Below, piece by piece: positions 1-11,507 of a stretch of DNA of 64,000 bases; the stretch's first letter is position 1, and each line of letters opens with the position of its first letter. Origin of the DNA: an uncultured Bacteroidota bacterium. Its GTDB lineage: Bacteria > Bacteroidota > Ignavibacteria > UBA10030 > UBA6906. The stretch is taken from contig CAVOYH010000003.1 of NCBI GenBank assembly GCA_963700635.1, positions 256,001-320,000 on the forward strand, written 5' to 3'. The position numbers and the translations under genes are program-made. Under the pieces are notes generated by a model, which saw only the letters and a program-made list of their open reading frames with translations, ran no database searches and was not told the DNA's origin.

Positions 1-2154
1 CCGGTGATTACGGATGATGCTATAGACCACCGAAAGTCCAAGACCGGTTCCCCGCCCGCGTTCTTTGGTCGTAAAAAAAGGATCGAAGATATGTTCCCGT
101 ATTTTTTCCGGGATCCCCATGCCGTCATCACTGACGCGGATCTCCACATAGTGTTCAGCGGTTGAGGAGAGCATGAGGGAGCTGACACGGTCGCCGACCC
201 GCCCGTTCAAGACCTCGAGGGAAATGGTGCCCGTGGCATTCCCTCCCTTCGCCATAATCGCGTCGCGGGCGTTCACGCAGAGATTGAGCAAGACCTGATA
301 CAACTCCCCGTGATCTCCGAGGATTGCTCTGATATCGTCATCGATGTGCCGTGTGATCGTAATGCTGCGGGGAAAGGTTTCGACGCATAAACCGTGCACT
401 TCATCCACGATTTGTGACACATTTACCGTAACACTCTCTCGCTTCGCCTTTCGGGCAAACGAAAGCAGCTGGGCTGAAAGCTCAGCACCCCGGGTGGCTG
501 ATTTTTCGATCGTGGCGCTGTACTTAAGAACCTTCTCGGGCTCCTGTGCATGCTTCTTGATCTGAAGAACAAATCCGATGACATTGTTAAGAATATTGTT
601 GAAATCATGGGCAATACCACTGGCCAGCGTGCCGATACTTTCCATCTTGTGGGACTGCCGGACTTGTTCCTCGAGTTTTTTCCGTTCCGTAATATCGTAG
701 ATATACCCCTTGTATTCAGCGAGCTGGTCATCCGTCGAGACCGTAGCGATCGCGTTTGTAACGACATGAATCACCTGGCCGTCCGGCCGGACAAGATCAA
801 GTTCGTATTCTTCCACGCGGCCGCGTGTGCGAAGGATGTCAAAAAATGTATCCCGCGCTTCAGGCCACGAAAACAGGGAGAGCACGTTACACTGCATTGC
901 ACTCACGACCGACGCAAATCCGAGAATTCGAGCAAACGCGGGGTTACAGTCAAGGAGAGTGCCATCGATACGGGCAATAAAATCGCCGGTCAGATCTTCC
1001 TCGAAGAACCGCCTGTACCGCTCTTCACTCTCCCGCAGATCGTTTTCCGCCTTGAGGCGGTCCGTGATATCCCGGATGATGACCGTGTACAGTCGTTCTC
1101 CGAGTGTTTCAATTTGCGAGATGGACGCCTCCATGTGGAACTCTGTTCCATCGGCCCGGAGCCCGAGAACGGCATCGGATTCGCCCATCCGGCGTTTGGT
1201 CGCACCCGATTTGCCAAACATTTCGATGTGCCTGGCGTGGGCTTCGCGGAATCGCTCCGGCAGGAACACGTCAAGGTCTTTGCCCACCGCATGTGCGGCA
1301 GAGCACCGGAACATATGTTCTGCAGCGGTGTTAAACACCACAATGCGACGCGCACTGTTGATCGTAATGATGGCGTCCATCGCGGATGCGATGATCCCTG
1401 CGGTGCGTGCTTCGCTCAACCGGAGAGCATCTTCCGCGCGGCGCTGTTCGGTCACATCCCGGAAGACAACAACGATACCGTTGGTCTCACCCCGATCATC
1501 CTTGATCGGGGCGGCACTTTCTTCAACAGGAATCCGTTTCCCCGTCTTGCTGATGAGCACGGTCGTCCCACCATTCCGTGTATCTACGGGCTCAAAGGCA
1601 GTCTGGAACACATCGGCCAGCTGCCGCCCGGTCGCGCCTTCGAGGGTCCAGCCGGTCAGTTGTTCTGCAACCGGATTCATGAACGTTATTGCACCACGGG
1701 TATCCGCCGCGATAATAGCATCCCCGATGCTGCGCAGCGTGGTGGCAAGCCAGCGCTCGCTCTCGCGCAAACGGGCTTCCATCCGGTGTTTGTACAACGC
1801 CATCTCGATGGTGATCGAGAGCTCCCTCTCCTCAAAGGGTTTCAGGATATACCCGAATGCATCGGTGACCTTCGCCCGCTGGAGCGTATTCTCGTCGGCA
1901 TAGGCGGTGAGGTACACGATCGGGAGGTCGAAAAGGGTCCGTATCCTGTCGGCTGCGGTAATGCCGTCAACGTCACCCTTGAGCATGATGTCCATAAGCA
2001 CAAGGTCCGGCCGATGCCGCCCCGCTTCTTCAATGGCCTCTTTTGCGGTCGCAGCAATTGCCACCACCGTGTAACCGCGGCGCTTCAGCCGGGTTGCGAT
2101 GTCCTTTGCAACAATATGTTCGTCTTCAACAACAAGGATGGACGCGGGGGTCAT
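1..2154 (-). CDS. REC-PAS histidine kinase, truncated at window start
   Basis: Absent from the ORF track because no stop lies in the window. Manual translation: [23 protein letters not shown] (REC), PAS segments, [20 protein letters not shown] (H-box), DPFFTTK...[17 protein letters not shown] (HATPase). Frame checked at the start, at ~600 and at base 1. Confidence 0.92.
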   Translation of the reverse strand, partial: MTPASILVVEDEHIVAKDIATRLKRRGYTVVAIAATAKEAIEEAGRHRPDLVLMDIMLKGDVDGITAADRIRTLFDLPIVYLTAYADENTLQRAKVTDAFGYILKPFEERELSITIEMALYKHRMEARLRESERWLATTLRSIGDAIIAADTRGAITFMNPVAEQLTGWTLEGATGRQLADVFQTAFEPVDTRNGGTTVLISKTGKRIPVEESAAPIKDDRGETNGIVVVFRDVTEQRRAEDALRLSEARTAGIIASAMDAIITINSARRIVVFNTAAEHMFRCSAAHAVGKDLDVFLPERFREAHARHIEMFGKSGATKRRMGESDAVLGLRADGTEFHMEASISQIETLGERLYTVIIRDITDRLKAENDLRESEERYRRFFEEDLTGDFIARIDGTLLDCNPAFARILGFASVVSAMQCNVLSLFSWPEARDTFFDILRTRGRVEEYELDLVRPDGQVIHVVTNAIATVSTDDQLAEYKGYIYDITERKKLEEQVRQSHKMESIGTLASGIAHDFNNILNNVIGFVLQIKKHAQEPEKVLKYSATIEKSATRGAELSAQLLSFARKAKRESVTVNVSQIVDEVHGLCVETFPRSITITRHIDDDIRAILGDHGELYQVLLNLCVNARDAIMAKGGNATGTISLEVLNGRVGDRVSSLMLSSTAEHYVEIRVSDDGMGIPEKIREHIFDPFFTTKERGRGTGLGLSVVYSIIRNHR

Positions 2155-2209
2155 TCCTGTGTGCTCCGGGTATTGGAAAATATGGGATCACTCGCACGGT
2201 GCTCATGCA

Positions 2210-3457
2210 TCACTCCCCCCCCGGGGTTTTTTCAACGTACTCAGGGTACAACCTTTTCATGCACTCCGGACATAAACCGTGACTGAATTCCGCTTGTGTA
2301 TGTTCTGTGAGATACCGTTCCACCTGGGTCCAGTATCCGTGATCGTCACGGATCATCTTGCACGAAGAACAGATGGGTAACAGTCCGCTGAGCGTCTTGA
2401 CGTTGGCGATGGCGTTCAGAAGATCGTCCTGGATACGCCGGCGCTGCGAGAGTTCTTCCTGCAGGGCGGCGGTCCTGTCGTTCACCCGGATTTCCAGATC
2501 AATGCCGATCCGCTGTAATTCCTCTGCCGAGTGACGGCGTTCGGTGGTTGCTGCTCCCAGGAGCAACCCGGTAACAGCAACCGCAGCGGCATATCCGTAG
2601 AAAAATACCATTGCCACGTTGACACTCTGGTCGGCAAATGGTCCTTCGCCCCGCACGGCACCCCAGATCGCCAGCAGGATTGTGAGTGCGATCGTGGCCG
2701 TGGCGCCCCGTTGGCCAAATCGTAATGCCGCCCAGATGACAAACGGGAAGGAGAGGAATGAGAGCGATTGGCTGTATTCTGAGGGCAGCACACCGCCGTA
2801 CACCAGAAATACCGCGGGAAGCACCGTGAGCACAAGAACGGTTGCCTCGGCAAACCGCACGCGCGTCCACGGTTGTTCCGACCGGACCGACCACGACAGG
2901 AGCAACGCACCACAGATCAATATGCCCATTGCATCACAAAGCCACCAGGTCCGCCAGGCCCTGCCTGCGTCCATCCACGGGACGATCCCATTGATTCCCA
3001 GGCCCAGCGTGCCGATGGTCGCGCCCACCATGGCGGCAATCGCAACGCCAAAGACAAGGAACCCGAGAACGTCACGCACCCGCCCGAGATCATGTCTGAA
3101 TTTTGTTGCGTTCCGGAGAAAAAACGCACCGAGTGTCGCCTCGATGAGATTCGCCACAGCAGTCGTCAGGGCCAGAAGAACAGGGCCACCATTCACCAGC
3201 GTAGCGGCGACCGAACCGAGAATGATCGCCGGCCAGACACGGAATCCAAAAAGAACAATCGCTGCCAGGCCAACGCCTGAGGCCAGCCAGACGAGAGTGA
3301 GGTTCTGAAATACGGGGGCAAAACGAAGCCCGAGCGTAGCGGTTCCGATATAGGTAAGGACAACCGCCAGTTGGACGAACAGCCGATGCCGGTCTAACCA
3401 CAAAATGACAGGCAAACGGTCGATCGGTTCTCCTAACGTTGTGTCAGGGTCAGACAC
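2210..3457 (-). CDS. MASE1-domain membrane protein with C-terminal Cys-rich domain
   Basis: Multi-TM N-terminus with MASE1 motifs (WLASGVGLA, WWLCDAMGIL, FPFVIWAALRFG); C-terminal LLPICSSCKMIRDD.GYW...FSHGLCPEC. Confidence 0.85.
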   Translation of the reverse strand: MSDPDTTLGEPIDRLPVILWLDRHRLFVQLAVVLTYIGTATLGLRFAPVFQNLTLVWLASGVGLAAIVLFGFRVWPAIILGSVAATLVNGGPVLLALTTAVANLIEATLGAFFLRNATKFRHDLGRVRDVLGFLVFGVAIAAMVGATIGTLGLGINGIVPWMDAGRAWRTWWLCDAMGILICGALLLSWSVRSEQPWTRVRFAEATVLVLTVLPAVFLVYGGVLPSEYSQSLSFLSFPFVIWAALRFGQRGATATIALTILLAIWGAVRGEGPFADQSVNVAMVFFYGYAAAVAVTGLLLGAATTERRHSAEELQRIGIDLEIRVNDRTAALQEELSQRRRIQDDLLNAIANVKTLSGLLPICSSCKMIRDDHGYWTQVERYLTEHTQAEFSHGLCPECMKRLYPEYVEKTPGGE

Positions 3458-4542
3458 AGGCTCTCCAGTTTGTTCCCAAGTCCGCGGTACGCAAGACCGG
3501 ACACGTGTACTCCCTTATGCCCCCCCCCGCGTACCCCCAGGCGGAGCGGTCGTGCCTCCAGAATCGCCGCATGTTCAAAGTGAAGGCAGATCTTCTGCTC
3601 GTCTTCTGCCGACATCAACAATTCGCGGAGAGGAAGACCACACAACTCCCCGGCAGTCCATCCTGTGAGTGTCTCCACCGCCGGCGTAACACCCACGATA
3701 GTCCCTTTGGCATCCGTATGGAGGCTTGCTTCACCCGGCGTTCCTGACCCTGTGGCGTCCGGTGACCGGCTTTCAACCGGAATGGATGGCACCGCGGGCG
3801 TGCGGACCCGGCTATCAAGAATACATTGTGTCATCTCGTACATGCCGCGGTGATCAACGGCGATATTCCCCTTAAACGCACCGGAGCGAACTGTGCCATC
3901 CTTGAGAACCACATCCAGGACCACAGTATCGGTAGCGGGCGAGTGGCGGAATTGGGTCACGTTCGCGACGAAGCGGTCAACACTCGAGGGGATAAGGAAT
4001 TCTCCAAACCAGCGCCCGATGACTTCGTCCGGAGTGAATCCGAACAGCTCAAGCCAGGCCTTATTCACCCGGAGTAGATGGCCATCGGCATCAATCGACT
4101 GGAAGGGCACCGGAGCATTCTCGAACAGAAGACGGAACCGTTCCTCGCTTTCGCGCAGCCGTTTTTCCGATTGATGTTTATACAGCGCCATTTCAATGGT
4201 TGAGTATAATCCGCGTTCATCAAACGGTTTCAGAATATATCCGAATGCTTCCGTTACCTTCGCCCGCGCCAGGGTGGCTTCATCAGATGAGGCAGTGATG
4301 TACACCACCGGTATATCAAACCGATCCCGGATCTGCTCCGCTGCCTGGATACCATCCATGTCTCCCGGCAGGAGTATGTCCATCACAACAAGATCCGGCC
4401 GTGTCGCTTCACACCGCTGAACAGCATCCCGGCCCGTCGTGGCCCGGCCACCGATCGTATACCCGAGTGTTGTAAGCCAGTGGGCGAGGTCTTCGGCGAC
4501 GATAAGTTCGTCCTCGACCACCATAATGGTTTTCTTACGCAT
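3433..4542 (-). CDS. Response regulator (REC) with two PAS domains
   Basis: IMVVEDE...DLVVMDI...GYILKPF receiver; ESEERFRLLFENAP PAS; second PAS-like segment; no DNA-binding output. Confidence 0.88.
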   Translation of the reverse strand: MRKKTIMVVEDELIVAEDLAHWLTTLGYTIGGRATTGRDAVQRCEATRPDLVVMDILLPGDMDGIQAAEQIRDRFDIPVVYITASSDEATLARAKVTEAFGYILKPFDERGLYSTIEMALYKHQSEKRLRESEERFRLLFENAPVPFQSIDADGHLLRVNKAWLELFGFTPDEVIGRWFGEFLIPSSVDRFVANVTQFRHSPATDTVVLDVVLKDGTVRSGAFKGNIAVDHRGMYEMTQCILDSRVRTPAVPSIPVESRSPDATGSGTPGEASLHTDAKGTIVGVTPAVETLTGWTAGELCGLPLRELLMSAEDEQKICLHFEHAAILEARPLRLGVRGGGHKGVHVSGLAYRGLGNKLESLCLTLTQR

Positions 4543-4551
4543 GCGCCCTCA

Positions 4552-7164
4552 TCATTTTCGGAATGCCATAATAAACTCAGCACCGGGCCCCCTCTGCTGC
4601 AAAGTCATCTCACCCTGAACCTGGTCCGCCAGCATCCGGATCAAGGTGAGACCGAGACTGTCGGATGTCTCAAAATCGATGGATACCGGAAACCCGATGC
4701 CGTTGTCGCGCACCGCAAGCTGGACACGGTCGTCACTGACCGGGTGCAGGTCAATGTCAATCCTACCACCCCGCCCTTCCGGAAACGCATATTTCAGGGC
4801 ATTGGTCACGAGTTCGTTCACGATGATGCCGCACGGGATCGCCCGGTCAACGGCCAACAGCACCCGGCTGGCATTCACGTTGAGGAGGACGCCATGGGCA
4901 CCGATTCCGTAGGACCGGAAAAGTTGTGCTGTCAATTCACGCAGGTAGTCCCCGAAATCAATCTCTGCGAGATTCCGTGATTGGTACAACTTTTCATGAA
5001 TCAAGGCCATCGATTTGACCCGGTTCTGGCTTTCCTTGAACAACTTCACCATCTCCTGGTCTTTCAGGTACTCCGATTGCAGGCTCAGCAAGCTCGAGAT
5101 GACCTGCAGATTGTTCTTGACGCGGTGGTGAATCTCTTTGAGAAGGACTTCCTTTTCCCGGAGTGATGACCGGAGTTCCTCTTCGGCGACCCGGCGGGCT
5201 GTAATATCACGTGCCACACCTACCATCGCAACGGGTTCATTTTCGTCGTTACGCACCACCGACGTCCAGAATTCCACCGGAAAGAGACTGCCATCGGCGC
5301 GGCGATTCATGAGCTCGCCATACCATCCATCGGTCAGCGTCTGCTCCTTACTCTGCGCCAGCTCTTGCGCCACCGTTGATTCGGGACGTATTTTGGCAAT
5401 GTCACTTCCGAGAAGTTCATCTTCCGTGTAGCCGTATGTCGAGAGGAAAGCATCGTTGACAAAGAGAATCCTGTCGTTCAGGTCTGTGATGCTCACACTA
5501 TCGCGCGTGCTGGTGATCGTATGGGCCAGGAGCCGCAGTTCCCGTTCGGCGTCTTTACGTTCAGTGATATCGCTCAGACTCCCCCACACCCGTACCAACG
5601 CGCCGTTTTCAATTGTCCCTGCAAGATTGTGCAGAACGTGCCGGTGTGCACCATCCTGAGCAACCAGATGGTCCTCCCAATTACTCAGGCGATATCCGGA
5701 TTGCACAAACGTTGTGAGGGTCTTGTGCTCCTCGATAGTGTCCGCCTGGAGCAGAGTTTTGAATGGCATGCCGATGATGGTGCTTGGCTGATCGAACCCG
5801 AACAGGCGGGCCAGGGACGGGTTACATTCCGCAACATACGCATGGTTCAGGATACGCTGGACCTGCTCCTCGACGGGCAGCGTGCAGGGAATGGCTTTTT
5901 CCGTTTCAATGCGCCAGATCCCCTCGTTGCTGTTCTCCACAAACGTCCGGTACCGCTCCTCGCTCTCCCGCAGGCGCTGTTCAGATTTCTTGCGGTCGGT
6001 GATATCGCGTGACAGAGTTGCGACGGCAGCAACGGCGCCGCCCGCATCCTTCATCGGTGAGATTTGATCCAGGAACCAGTGGGTCTGACCATCCCAATCC
6101 ATGCGTGTTTCTTCAGCAAATCCCTGACCCGTTTCGACGACCCTCCGGATCCGGTTCAGCATTGAATCAGAGGCGTTCCTCCCGGAGGGGTTTCCAGCCA
6201 ATATCCCGTGCACCCGTGCCATACAGGGTCCCAAACGATGGGAGTCGTTGGTGAAGAGATACCGGCCATCGGGATCCTGAAGGACAACCAGCTCATCCGT
6301 ATTTTCCGCCAGGGCACGCAGACGGCTTTCGTCCGGATACCCTGAAACGCGTGCCATTTCCGGAGCGGGCATGTCGCTCACCTCTTCGGGCAACGCTACG
6401 AGAATACACGTTTCTCCGGAGGCAACAACGCGGCATCGGATCGGCCGGTCGGGCTGTGCGAGCAGACCGAGCGATTCCAGAGTTGACGACGTCCCCGCCG
6501 ATCTCACGGATTCAATCACCGCCCGCACCTGCGAGAGTCCTTCGGTTGTAAGAACTGTTTCCAGCTGGAGGCCGATCGTTTCCGTCGCCGGTATACCCGT
6601 ACAACATTCCGCAGCTCGGTTCCAGAAGACAATCTCCTCTTCGCGCCCGATGCCGATGCACATTTCATCCATGGCAGCCACCAGCGTGTGCAGGCGAGCC
6701 GATGCGAGACCGGCCGCACGCTCGGCGGTATGCCGCGGTGTGATGTCGGTGATGACACTGACGTATCCTGCACATCGTGACTTGTTAAACCGGGGGTTCC
6801 CCGTGAACAGCAACCAGCGGTAGTCTCCCTCCCGGTTGCGGTACCGGCATTCAAACCTGAATGGTTGTCGGGCGCGCACCGCGGCGGAAAACGATGCGAT
6901 CGCCTGTGCACGGTCCTCCGGATGCAGGAACATGTGCCATCGGTCGCCGCGCAAAGAGGCGATCGTGGTTCCGGCGAAGGACACAAAGGATGTATTGGCA
7001 TACGTCAGTCCCCCGCCGGGATCGATCATCACGATCATGCCGGGAACCTCTTCAGCAAGCGCACGCAGTGCAATCCGGGGGGAGCCCGTCATCAGCGTTT
7101 TCCCCCGTTGCCGAGTTTGCCCGGTTTGTCTCGTGACGGTTTTTCTGCGCCGGCTTTCGCCCAT
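4552..7164 (-). CDS. Multi-PAS sensor histidine kinase (HisKA_2 type)
   Basis: Several PAS/PAC repeats (DITDRK, DITERK); [12 protein letters not shown]-box; [12 protein letters not shown]; DNGIG; SLGL. Confidence 0.93.
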   Translation of the reverse strand: MGESRRRKTVTRQTGQTRQRGKTLMTGSPRIALRALAEEVPGMIVMIDPGGGLTYANTSFVSFAGTTIASLRGDRWHMFLHPEDRAQAIASFSAAVRARQPFRFECRYRNREGDYRWLLFTGNPRFNKSRCAGYVSVITDITPRHTAERAAGLASARLHTLVAAMDEMCIGIGREEEIVFWNRAAECCTGIPATETIGLQLETVLTTEGLSQVRAVIESVRSAGTSSTLESLGLLAQPDRPIRCRVVASGETCILVALPEEVSDMPAPEMARVSGYPDESRLRALAENTDELVVLQDPDGRYLFTNDSHRLGPCMARVHGILAGNPSGRNASDSMLNRIRRVVETGQGFAEETRMDWDGQTHWFLDQISPMKDAGGAVAAVATLSRDITDRKKSEQRLRESEERYRTFVENSNEGIWRIETEKAIPCTLPVEEQVQRILNHAYVAECNPSLARLFGFDQPSTIIGMPFKTLLQADTIEEHKTLTTFVQSGYRLSNWEDHLVAQDGAHRHVLHNLAGTIENGALVRVWGSLSDITERKDAERELRLLAHTITSTRDSVSITDLNDRILFVNDAFLSTYGYTEDELLGSDIAKIRPESTVAQELAQSKEQTLTDGWYGELMNRRADGSLFPVEFWTSVVRNDENEPVAMVGVARDITARRVAEEELRSSLREKEVLLKEIHHRVKNNLQVISSLLSLQSEYLKDQEMVKLFKESQNRVKSMALIHEKLYQSRNLAEIDFGDYLRELTAQLFRSYGIGAHGVLLNVNASRVLLAVDRAIPCGIIVNELVTNALKYAFPEGRGGRIDIDLHPVSDDRVQLAVRDNGIGFPVSIDFETSDSLGLTLIRMLADQVQGEMTLQQRGPGAEFIMAFRK

Positions 7165-7166
7165 GG

Positions 7167-8582
7167 TCAGACACTCGTGCGGTAAGTACGCTGTTCGGGC
7201 CTGATGCCGAGTTGTTCCATTCGATAACGGAGTTTTGACCTGGTGAGCCCCAGGACTTTTGCCGCCTGCACCTGATTCCCGCCCACGATATCCAGTGTTT
7301 TGAGAATAAGGTCCTTCATGACCTCGCTCATCCGGATTCCCTGGGAGGGGATCTCCAGCATGAAGGACTTGCCATTTCCTGACATCGAAGGGTTGGTCGT
7401 GCCGGCATTCCGCAGGAAGCTGAAGTGATCAACCTGCAGTGCGGGCACATTGTTGAGCAGCACAACCCGTTCCAGAGCGTTCCTGAGCTCTCGCACATTC
7501 CCTTTCCAGCCCAGCTGTTCAAGGAACTGCAGCGCTTCCGGAGCGATAGAAGGAACAGGCCGGTTGAACCTGCGGCAGAATTCGGCAAGAAATGCTTTGG
7601 CGAGCTCGCTCACGTCTTCCCGGCGATTCCGCAACGGTGGGATACGCACCGAGGCGACATTCAGACGATAGAAGAGATCTTCGCGGAAGCGACCTTCTTC
7701 GACTTCGCGGGCCAGTTCCTTGTTTGATGCCGCGATAACACGCACATCCACACTGATTTCCTTGGTGCCACCCAAGCGGTAAAAACGTTTTTCTTCGAGT
7801 ACACGGAGCAGCTTGACCTGCATGTCCAGCGAGAGTTCGCGGATTTCATCAAGCAGGATTGTGCCACCGTCCGCCAGCTCAAATTTTCCCTGTTTCATTT
7901 TTTCGGTTGCGCCCGTGAATGCACCCTTCTCGTATCCGAAGAATTCACTCTCTGCAAGCTCCTTCGGGATGGCGCCGCAATTGAGGGTGATAAACGGTTT
8001 ATCGCGGCGTGAACTTTGCTGGTGAATAAACCGCGCCATGAGTTCCTTTCCCGTTCCGCTTTCCCCTTCGATCAGCACCGTCGTGTTCTCACCAAGAGCC
8101 AGCTTCTCCGCTGTTTCCAGCGCACGCCGTAATGCCGGACTCCTGCCGATGATCCCTGATCGTGACCGTTCTTCTTCAAGCTCTTCCTGGAGCAATTTGA
8201 CCTGTGTCTGCAGCCGAGCATGGTTGAGATTCTTCTCGATCAGAACGCCGAGGTGATTAAGGTCAAATGGCTTGACGACAAAATCAGCGGCACCTTCCTT
8301 CATTGCGCGAACGGCAAGGGAGACGTCCGAATGCGCGGTCATCATCAATACCGGCGTCGTCCATCCTTCAAGCCGCATGCGGTTCAGAAGCTGAATCCCG
8401 TTAACTTCTCCCATGTAAATATCCAGGAGGACAAGATCCGGTTTCTGGTCGTCCAGAAACTGGAAGAAGTCCTCCCCGCGGCTGCAAAGGGCTACCGTAT
8501 AGCCGAGCTCGCCCAGGATCTTTTTGAGTGTGGTTCCCAGGATGGGCTCATCATCAGCCACCAGTATCCGTGCCTTCGCCAT
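7167..8582 (-). CDS. Sigma54-dependent NtrC-family activator (REC-AAA+-Fis HTH)
   Basis: REC domain; GESGTGKE Walker A; GAFTGA loop; [11 protein letters not shown]; [10 protein letters not shown]; C-terminal [15 protein letters not shown]. Confidence 0.95.
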   Translation of the reverse strand: MAKARILVADDEPILGTTLKKILGELGYTVALCSRGEDFFQFLDDQKPDLVLLDIYMGEVNGIQLLNRMRLEGWTTPVLMMTAHSDVSLAVRAMKEGAADFVVKPFDLNHLGVLIEKNLNHARLQTQVKLLQEELEEERSRSGIIGRSPALRRALETAEKLALGENTTVLIEGESGTGKELMARFIHQQSSRRDKPFITLNCGAIPKELAESEFFGYEKGAFTGATEKMKQGKFELADGGTILLDEIRELSLDMQVKLLRVLEEKRFYRLGGTKEISVDVRVIAASNKELAREVEEGRFREDLFYRLNVASVRIPPLRNRREDVSELAKAFLAEFCRRFNRPVPSIAPEALQFLEQLGWKGNVRELRNALERVVLLNNVPALQVDHFSFLRNAGTTNPSMSGNGKSFMLEIPSQGIRMSEVMKDLILKTLDIVGGNQVQAAKVLGLTRSKLRYRMEQLGIRPEQRTYRTSV

Positions 8583-8597
8583 GGCGAATTCCTTTTC

Positions 8598-10214
8598 TTA
8601 GGTGTGAATTGGTAACAAAAGTCGAACGATGGTTCCCCCTCCCTCGGCAGGGTCAATACGGATGTCACCCTTGTGTTTCTCCACGATCTGTTTTGAGATC
8701 GAGAGGCCGAGTCCCGTTCCACCTGATTTTGTCGTGTAAAATTGTTCAAAGAGGTGCTTGCGCTGCTCTGCAGACAGTCCCGGACCGTGATCCCGCACGC
8801 CCAGCTCCACAAATGGCTGGTCCAGGTGATCCGGATGCACGAGGGCAGTCGACAGCTCCACAGTCCCTCCGTCGGGAGACGCATCAATAGCATTCTGTAC
8901 AATATTCAAAACGACCTGCTGAATTTGTTTGGCATCGATACGGATAGAAGGAAGCACCTCAGCGTAGGAAGTCACAAAACGCACGTCCTGTTGCTGGACG
9001 GAAAGTTTGATAAATCCCAGGACCTGCGGAACAAGATCATTGAGCTGTTGTTCTTTCAAGACGGGGGGTGTCACGCGGGCGAGATTGAGCGTATTCTCGA
9101 TGACCGCTTCAATGCGCTTGGTACCCTCCAGCGCGTCGCGCAACGAATCGCACAATTCGGGTTGCTGCTGCGTCTTGAAGATCATGTACTGAAGGTTCAG
9201 AGCTATGGCGGAAAGCGGGTTTCGAATTTCGTGCGCTATGCCTGCCGCCAGCCGCCCCATCAGCGTCATCTTCTCCGCCTGAAGCAATTGATCCCGCATT
9301 TTCTTTTGTTCGCTGATGTCCCGGACATATAACAACACGCGTGTGTCCTGCGGACGGGTCACCGGTCCGACACCGATGTCTACCTGGACGGAGGTCCCGT
9401 CTTTGCGTGTAATCATGGTTTCGCCCGATGCAAACCGGGCGGTGTCAAGCATAGTTGCCGTAAAGTCCCCACCGGCTACCGGGAGATGAGACATCGCCAG
9501 CAATTCTTCACGGGCAAATCCAAGGAGTTCGATGCCTGCCCGATTCACATCGAGCACCTTCCCTGTTTCGCGATCCAGCACAAAAATTGTTATACTCGCA
9601 TGGTCGAACAACGTCCGGTACCTGTCTTCCGAAGCCTGGATCTCCCGGTTCTTCCGGATGAGCGTGTCCGCATACATCTCCAGCTCGGCCATTTTCTCTT
9701 CCAGTTTCTTGATCACAATGGCACGGTGTTTTTCAAGAAACTCCTGATCGTCAATGGGCCCCAGCACCGGGGCGGGCTCTTCAGGTTTGCGGCCGTACTG
9801 CTGTTGCGCCAGTTCGTTGATGGCTTGGACCAGCGCGCCAAGCCCGGCGTACTTTACGACATAGCGGTCGACCCCGATGCTGCGGGCAAATTCCTGGTCC
9901 GTCGCATCGACGTAGTTGCCGGTGTAGATGATAAAGGGAACAGAGGCATAGGAAGAGAGCGTCCGGATTTCCTTACAGAGCTGAAATCCGTCCATTTTGG
10001 GCATCATGGCGTCCGCCACAATCATGTGGACTTGTTCCTGGTTCGCCAGCGCTAGGGCTTCGACGCCATTTTTCGCCATGAGAGGAGAATAACCGTTCTC
10101 TGAAAGGACATCTTCCAGCAACTCTAGATTCTCCTGCACATCATCGACCAGCAGTATTCTCAGTCGATGGGCGTCACCGATCTGTGGACTACTTATCTCA
10201 GACGGATTCATCAT
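8598..10214 (-). CDS. REC-PAS histidine kinase
   Basis: ILLVDDVQEN...DAMMPKMDG REC; PAS; GIAHEIRNPL H-box; FYTTKSGGTGLGL. Start uncertain (ORF extends to 10283). Confidence 0.9.
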   Translation of the reverse strand: MMNPSEISSPQIGDAHRLRILLVDDVQENLELLEDVLSENGYSPLMAKNGVEALALANQEQVHMIVADAMMPKMDGFQLCKEIRTLSSYASVPFIIYTGNYVDATDQEFARSIGVDRYVVKYAGLGALVQAINELAQQQYGRKPEEPAPVLGPIDDQEFLEKHRAIVIKKLEEKMAELEMYADTLIRKNREIQASEDRYRTLFDHASITIFVLDRETGKVLDVNRAGIELLGFAREELLAMSHLPVAGGDFTATMLDTARFASGETMITRKDGTSVQVDIGVGPVTRPQDTRVLLYVRDISEQKKMRDQLLQAEKMTLMGRLAAGIAHEIRNPLSAIALNLQYMIFKTQQQPELCDSLRDALEGTKRIEAVIENTLNLARVTPPVLKEQQLNDLVPQVLGFIKLSVQQQDVRFVTSYAEVLPSIRIDAKQIQQVVLNIVQNAIDASPDGGTVELSTALVHPDHLDQPFVELGVRDHGPGLSAEQRKHLFEQFYTTKSGGTGLGLSISKQIVEKHKGDIRIDPAEGGGTIVRLLLPIHT

Positions 10215-10374
10215 GGACACATCACTTTGGATAGTGATTGTACGCAAAGGGGGAATCGTAACCAAGGTACCAATATTGGCCACGTGGTCGCAATACGCAA
10301 ATCTACGTATTTCCGGGGGAGAATTCTACGTAGATGGCCAATTATCCCCAGGGCGGGGTGCCGTGTGGCCGGAT

Positions 10375-11067
10375 CTACCGGGGAAGGATTACTATGCCGT
10401 TCTTAATGGCATACGCCACTAATCCGGCACTTTCGTGGATATCCAGCTTTTTCATGATATTGTGACAATGGGTGTCAACCGTACGGGGGCTAATATGAAG
10501 CAGATCAGCGGCCTCCTGATGTGTCTTTCCTTCAGCAATAAGCTGGAGGATTTCCCGTTCACGGGAGGTCAGGCGGCTATCCGGAAGCTGCCGGGCAGTC
10601 GACTCAGGTCCGGGAGTCTCTCCGGACTGCATAAATGAATCGAGGAGAATTCTGGATACGGAGGGGCTGAAAAAGGCATGGCCGCCATGGACCGCCCTGA
10701 TGGCGGCGTAGAGTTCCTCGGCCGAGCTGTTTTTCAGCAGATAACCGTTCGCTCCGCTCCGCACCACCTGCAGAACATAGTCTTCGTTGTCATGGGCGGA
10801 CAGAACGAGGACTTTCACGTGGGGTGACTCTTTTTTGATCCGGAGCGTAGCTTCAAGGCCGTTGAGTCCCGGCATGCTGATGTCCATAAGCACAACATCC
10901 GGGTCAAGTTTCAGGGTCAGATCAACAGCAACACGGCCATCCGATGCCTCCCCGATGACCTCGAGTCCTTCCGCCAGCGAGAGCAAGGAAACAAGGCCAC
11001 GGCGCACGATGGTGTGGTCATCGGCAACGAGGACGCCGATTGGTTGGGATTTCATGGGGCGAGACAC
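10375..11067 (-). CDS. NarL/LuxR-family response regulator
   Basis: VLVADDHTIVRRG REC; LTSREREILQLIAEG...ISPRTVDTH..NIMKKL LuxR HTH; start may be 11055. Confidence 0.95.
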   Translation of the reverse strand: MSRPMKSQPIGVLVADDHTIVRRGLVSLLSLAEGLEVIGEASDGRVAVDLTLKLDPDVVLMDISMPGLNGLEATLRIKKESPHVKVLVLSAHDNEDYVLQVVRSGANGYLLKNSSAEELYAAIRAVHGGHAFFSPSVSRILLDSFMQSGETPGPESTARQLPDSRLTSREREILQLIAEGKTHQEAADLLHISPRTVDTHCHNIMKKLDIHESAGLVAYAIKNGIVILPR

Positions 11068-11143
11068 ATATGCATGCCAATGTACGTGAATCGGGCAAGA
11101 GTGTCAACCGGGCAACCATGGCAGGGGTACGGCGTACAGTCTG

Positions 11144-11440
11144 TTACTTGTCAGAAGGTTGTTTCTTGATGTCCTTCAGAATCGCGTCTACAACTTTTTC
11201 CGTGACATCCCTCTGGAAATAGAATCCCTTCCGGATCTTCTCCCGGATGGCGCCAAAGCGGGTGGACTGATTGGCTTCGTAAAGAGCCCGTGCTTCATCC
11301 GATACTTCTACGCGATCGGATTTTTCTTCTGAATCCTTTTCGCCCTTTGCCCGGGGGATGGATTTCTGGGCGGGCTGCGGTTTATTCCCCTTTATCGGAT
11401 CCACAGATCCCGAGGAAGTAATAATCTCCTGTATCGCCAT
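11144..11440 (-). CDS. FlgM-like anti-sigma28 factor (paralog A)
   Basis: 98 aa; low-complexity N-terminus; DRVEVSDEA...IREKIRKGFY...VVDAIL matches the FlgM C-terminal pattern; flagellin context. Confidence 0.6.
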   Translation of the reverse strand: MAIQEIITSSGSVDPIKGNKPQPAQKSIPRAKGEKDSEEKSDRVEVSDEARALYEANQSTRFGAIREKIRKGFYFQRDVTEKVVDAILKDIKKQPSDK

Positions 11441-11507
11441 GAAAATACCTCGTCCTTGGAAACTTTCCGCACCGGGACCCTTCGGGCCACGTGCAGGGTT
11501 GTTTCTG

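Noticed and set aside
550-2286. 578-aa plus-strand ORF (also 827-1903)
   Set aside because: Antisense shadow of the minus-strand kinase at 1-2154, which has clear REC, H-box and HATPase motifs
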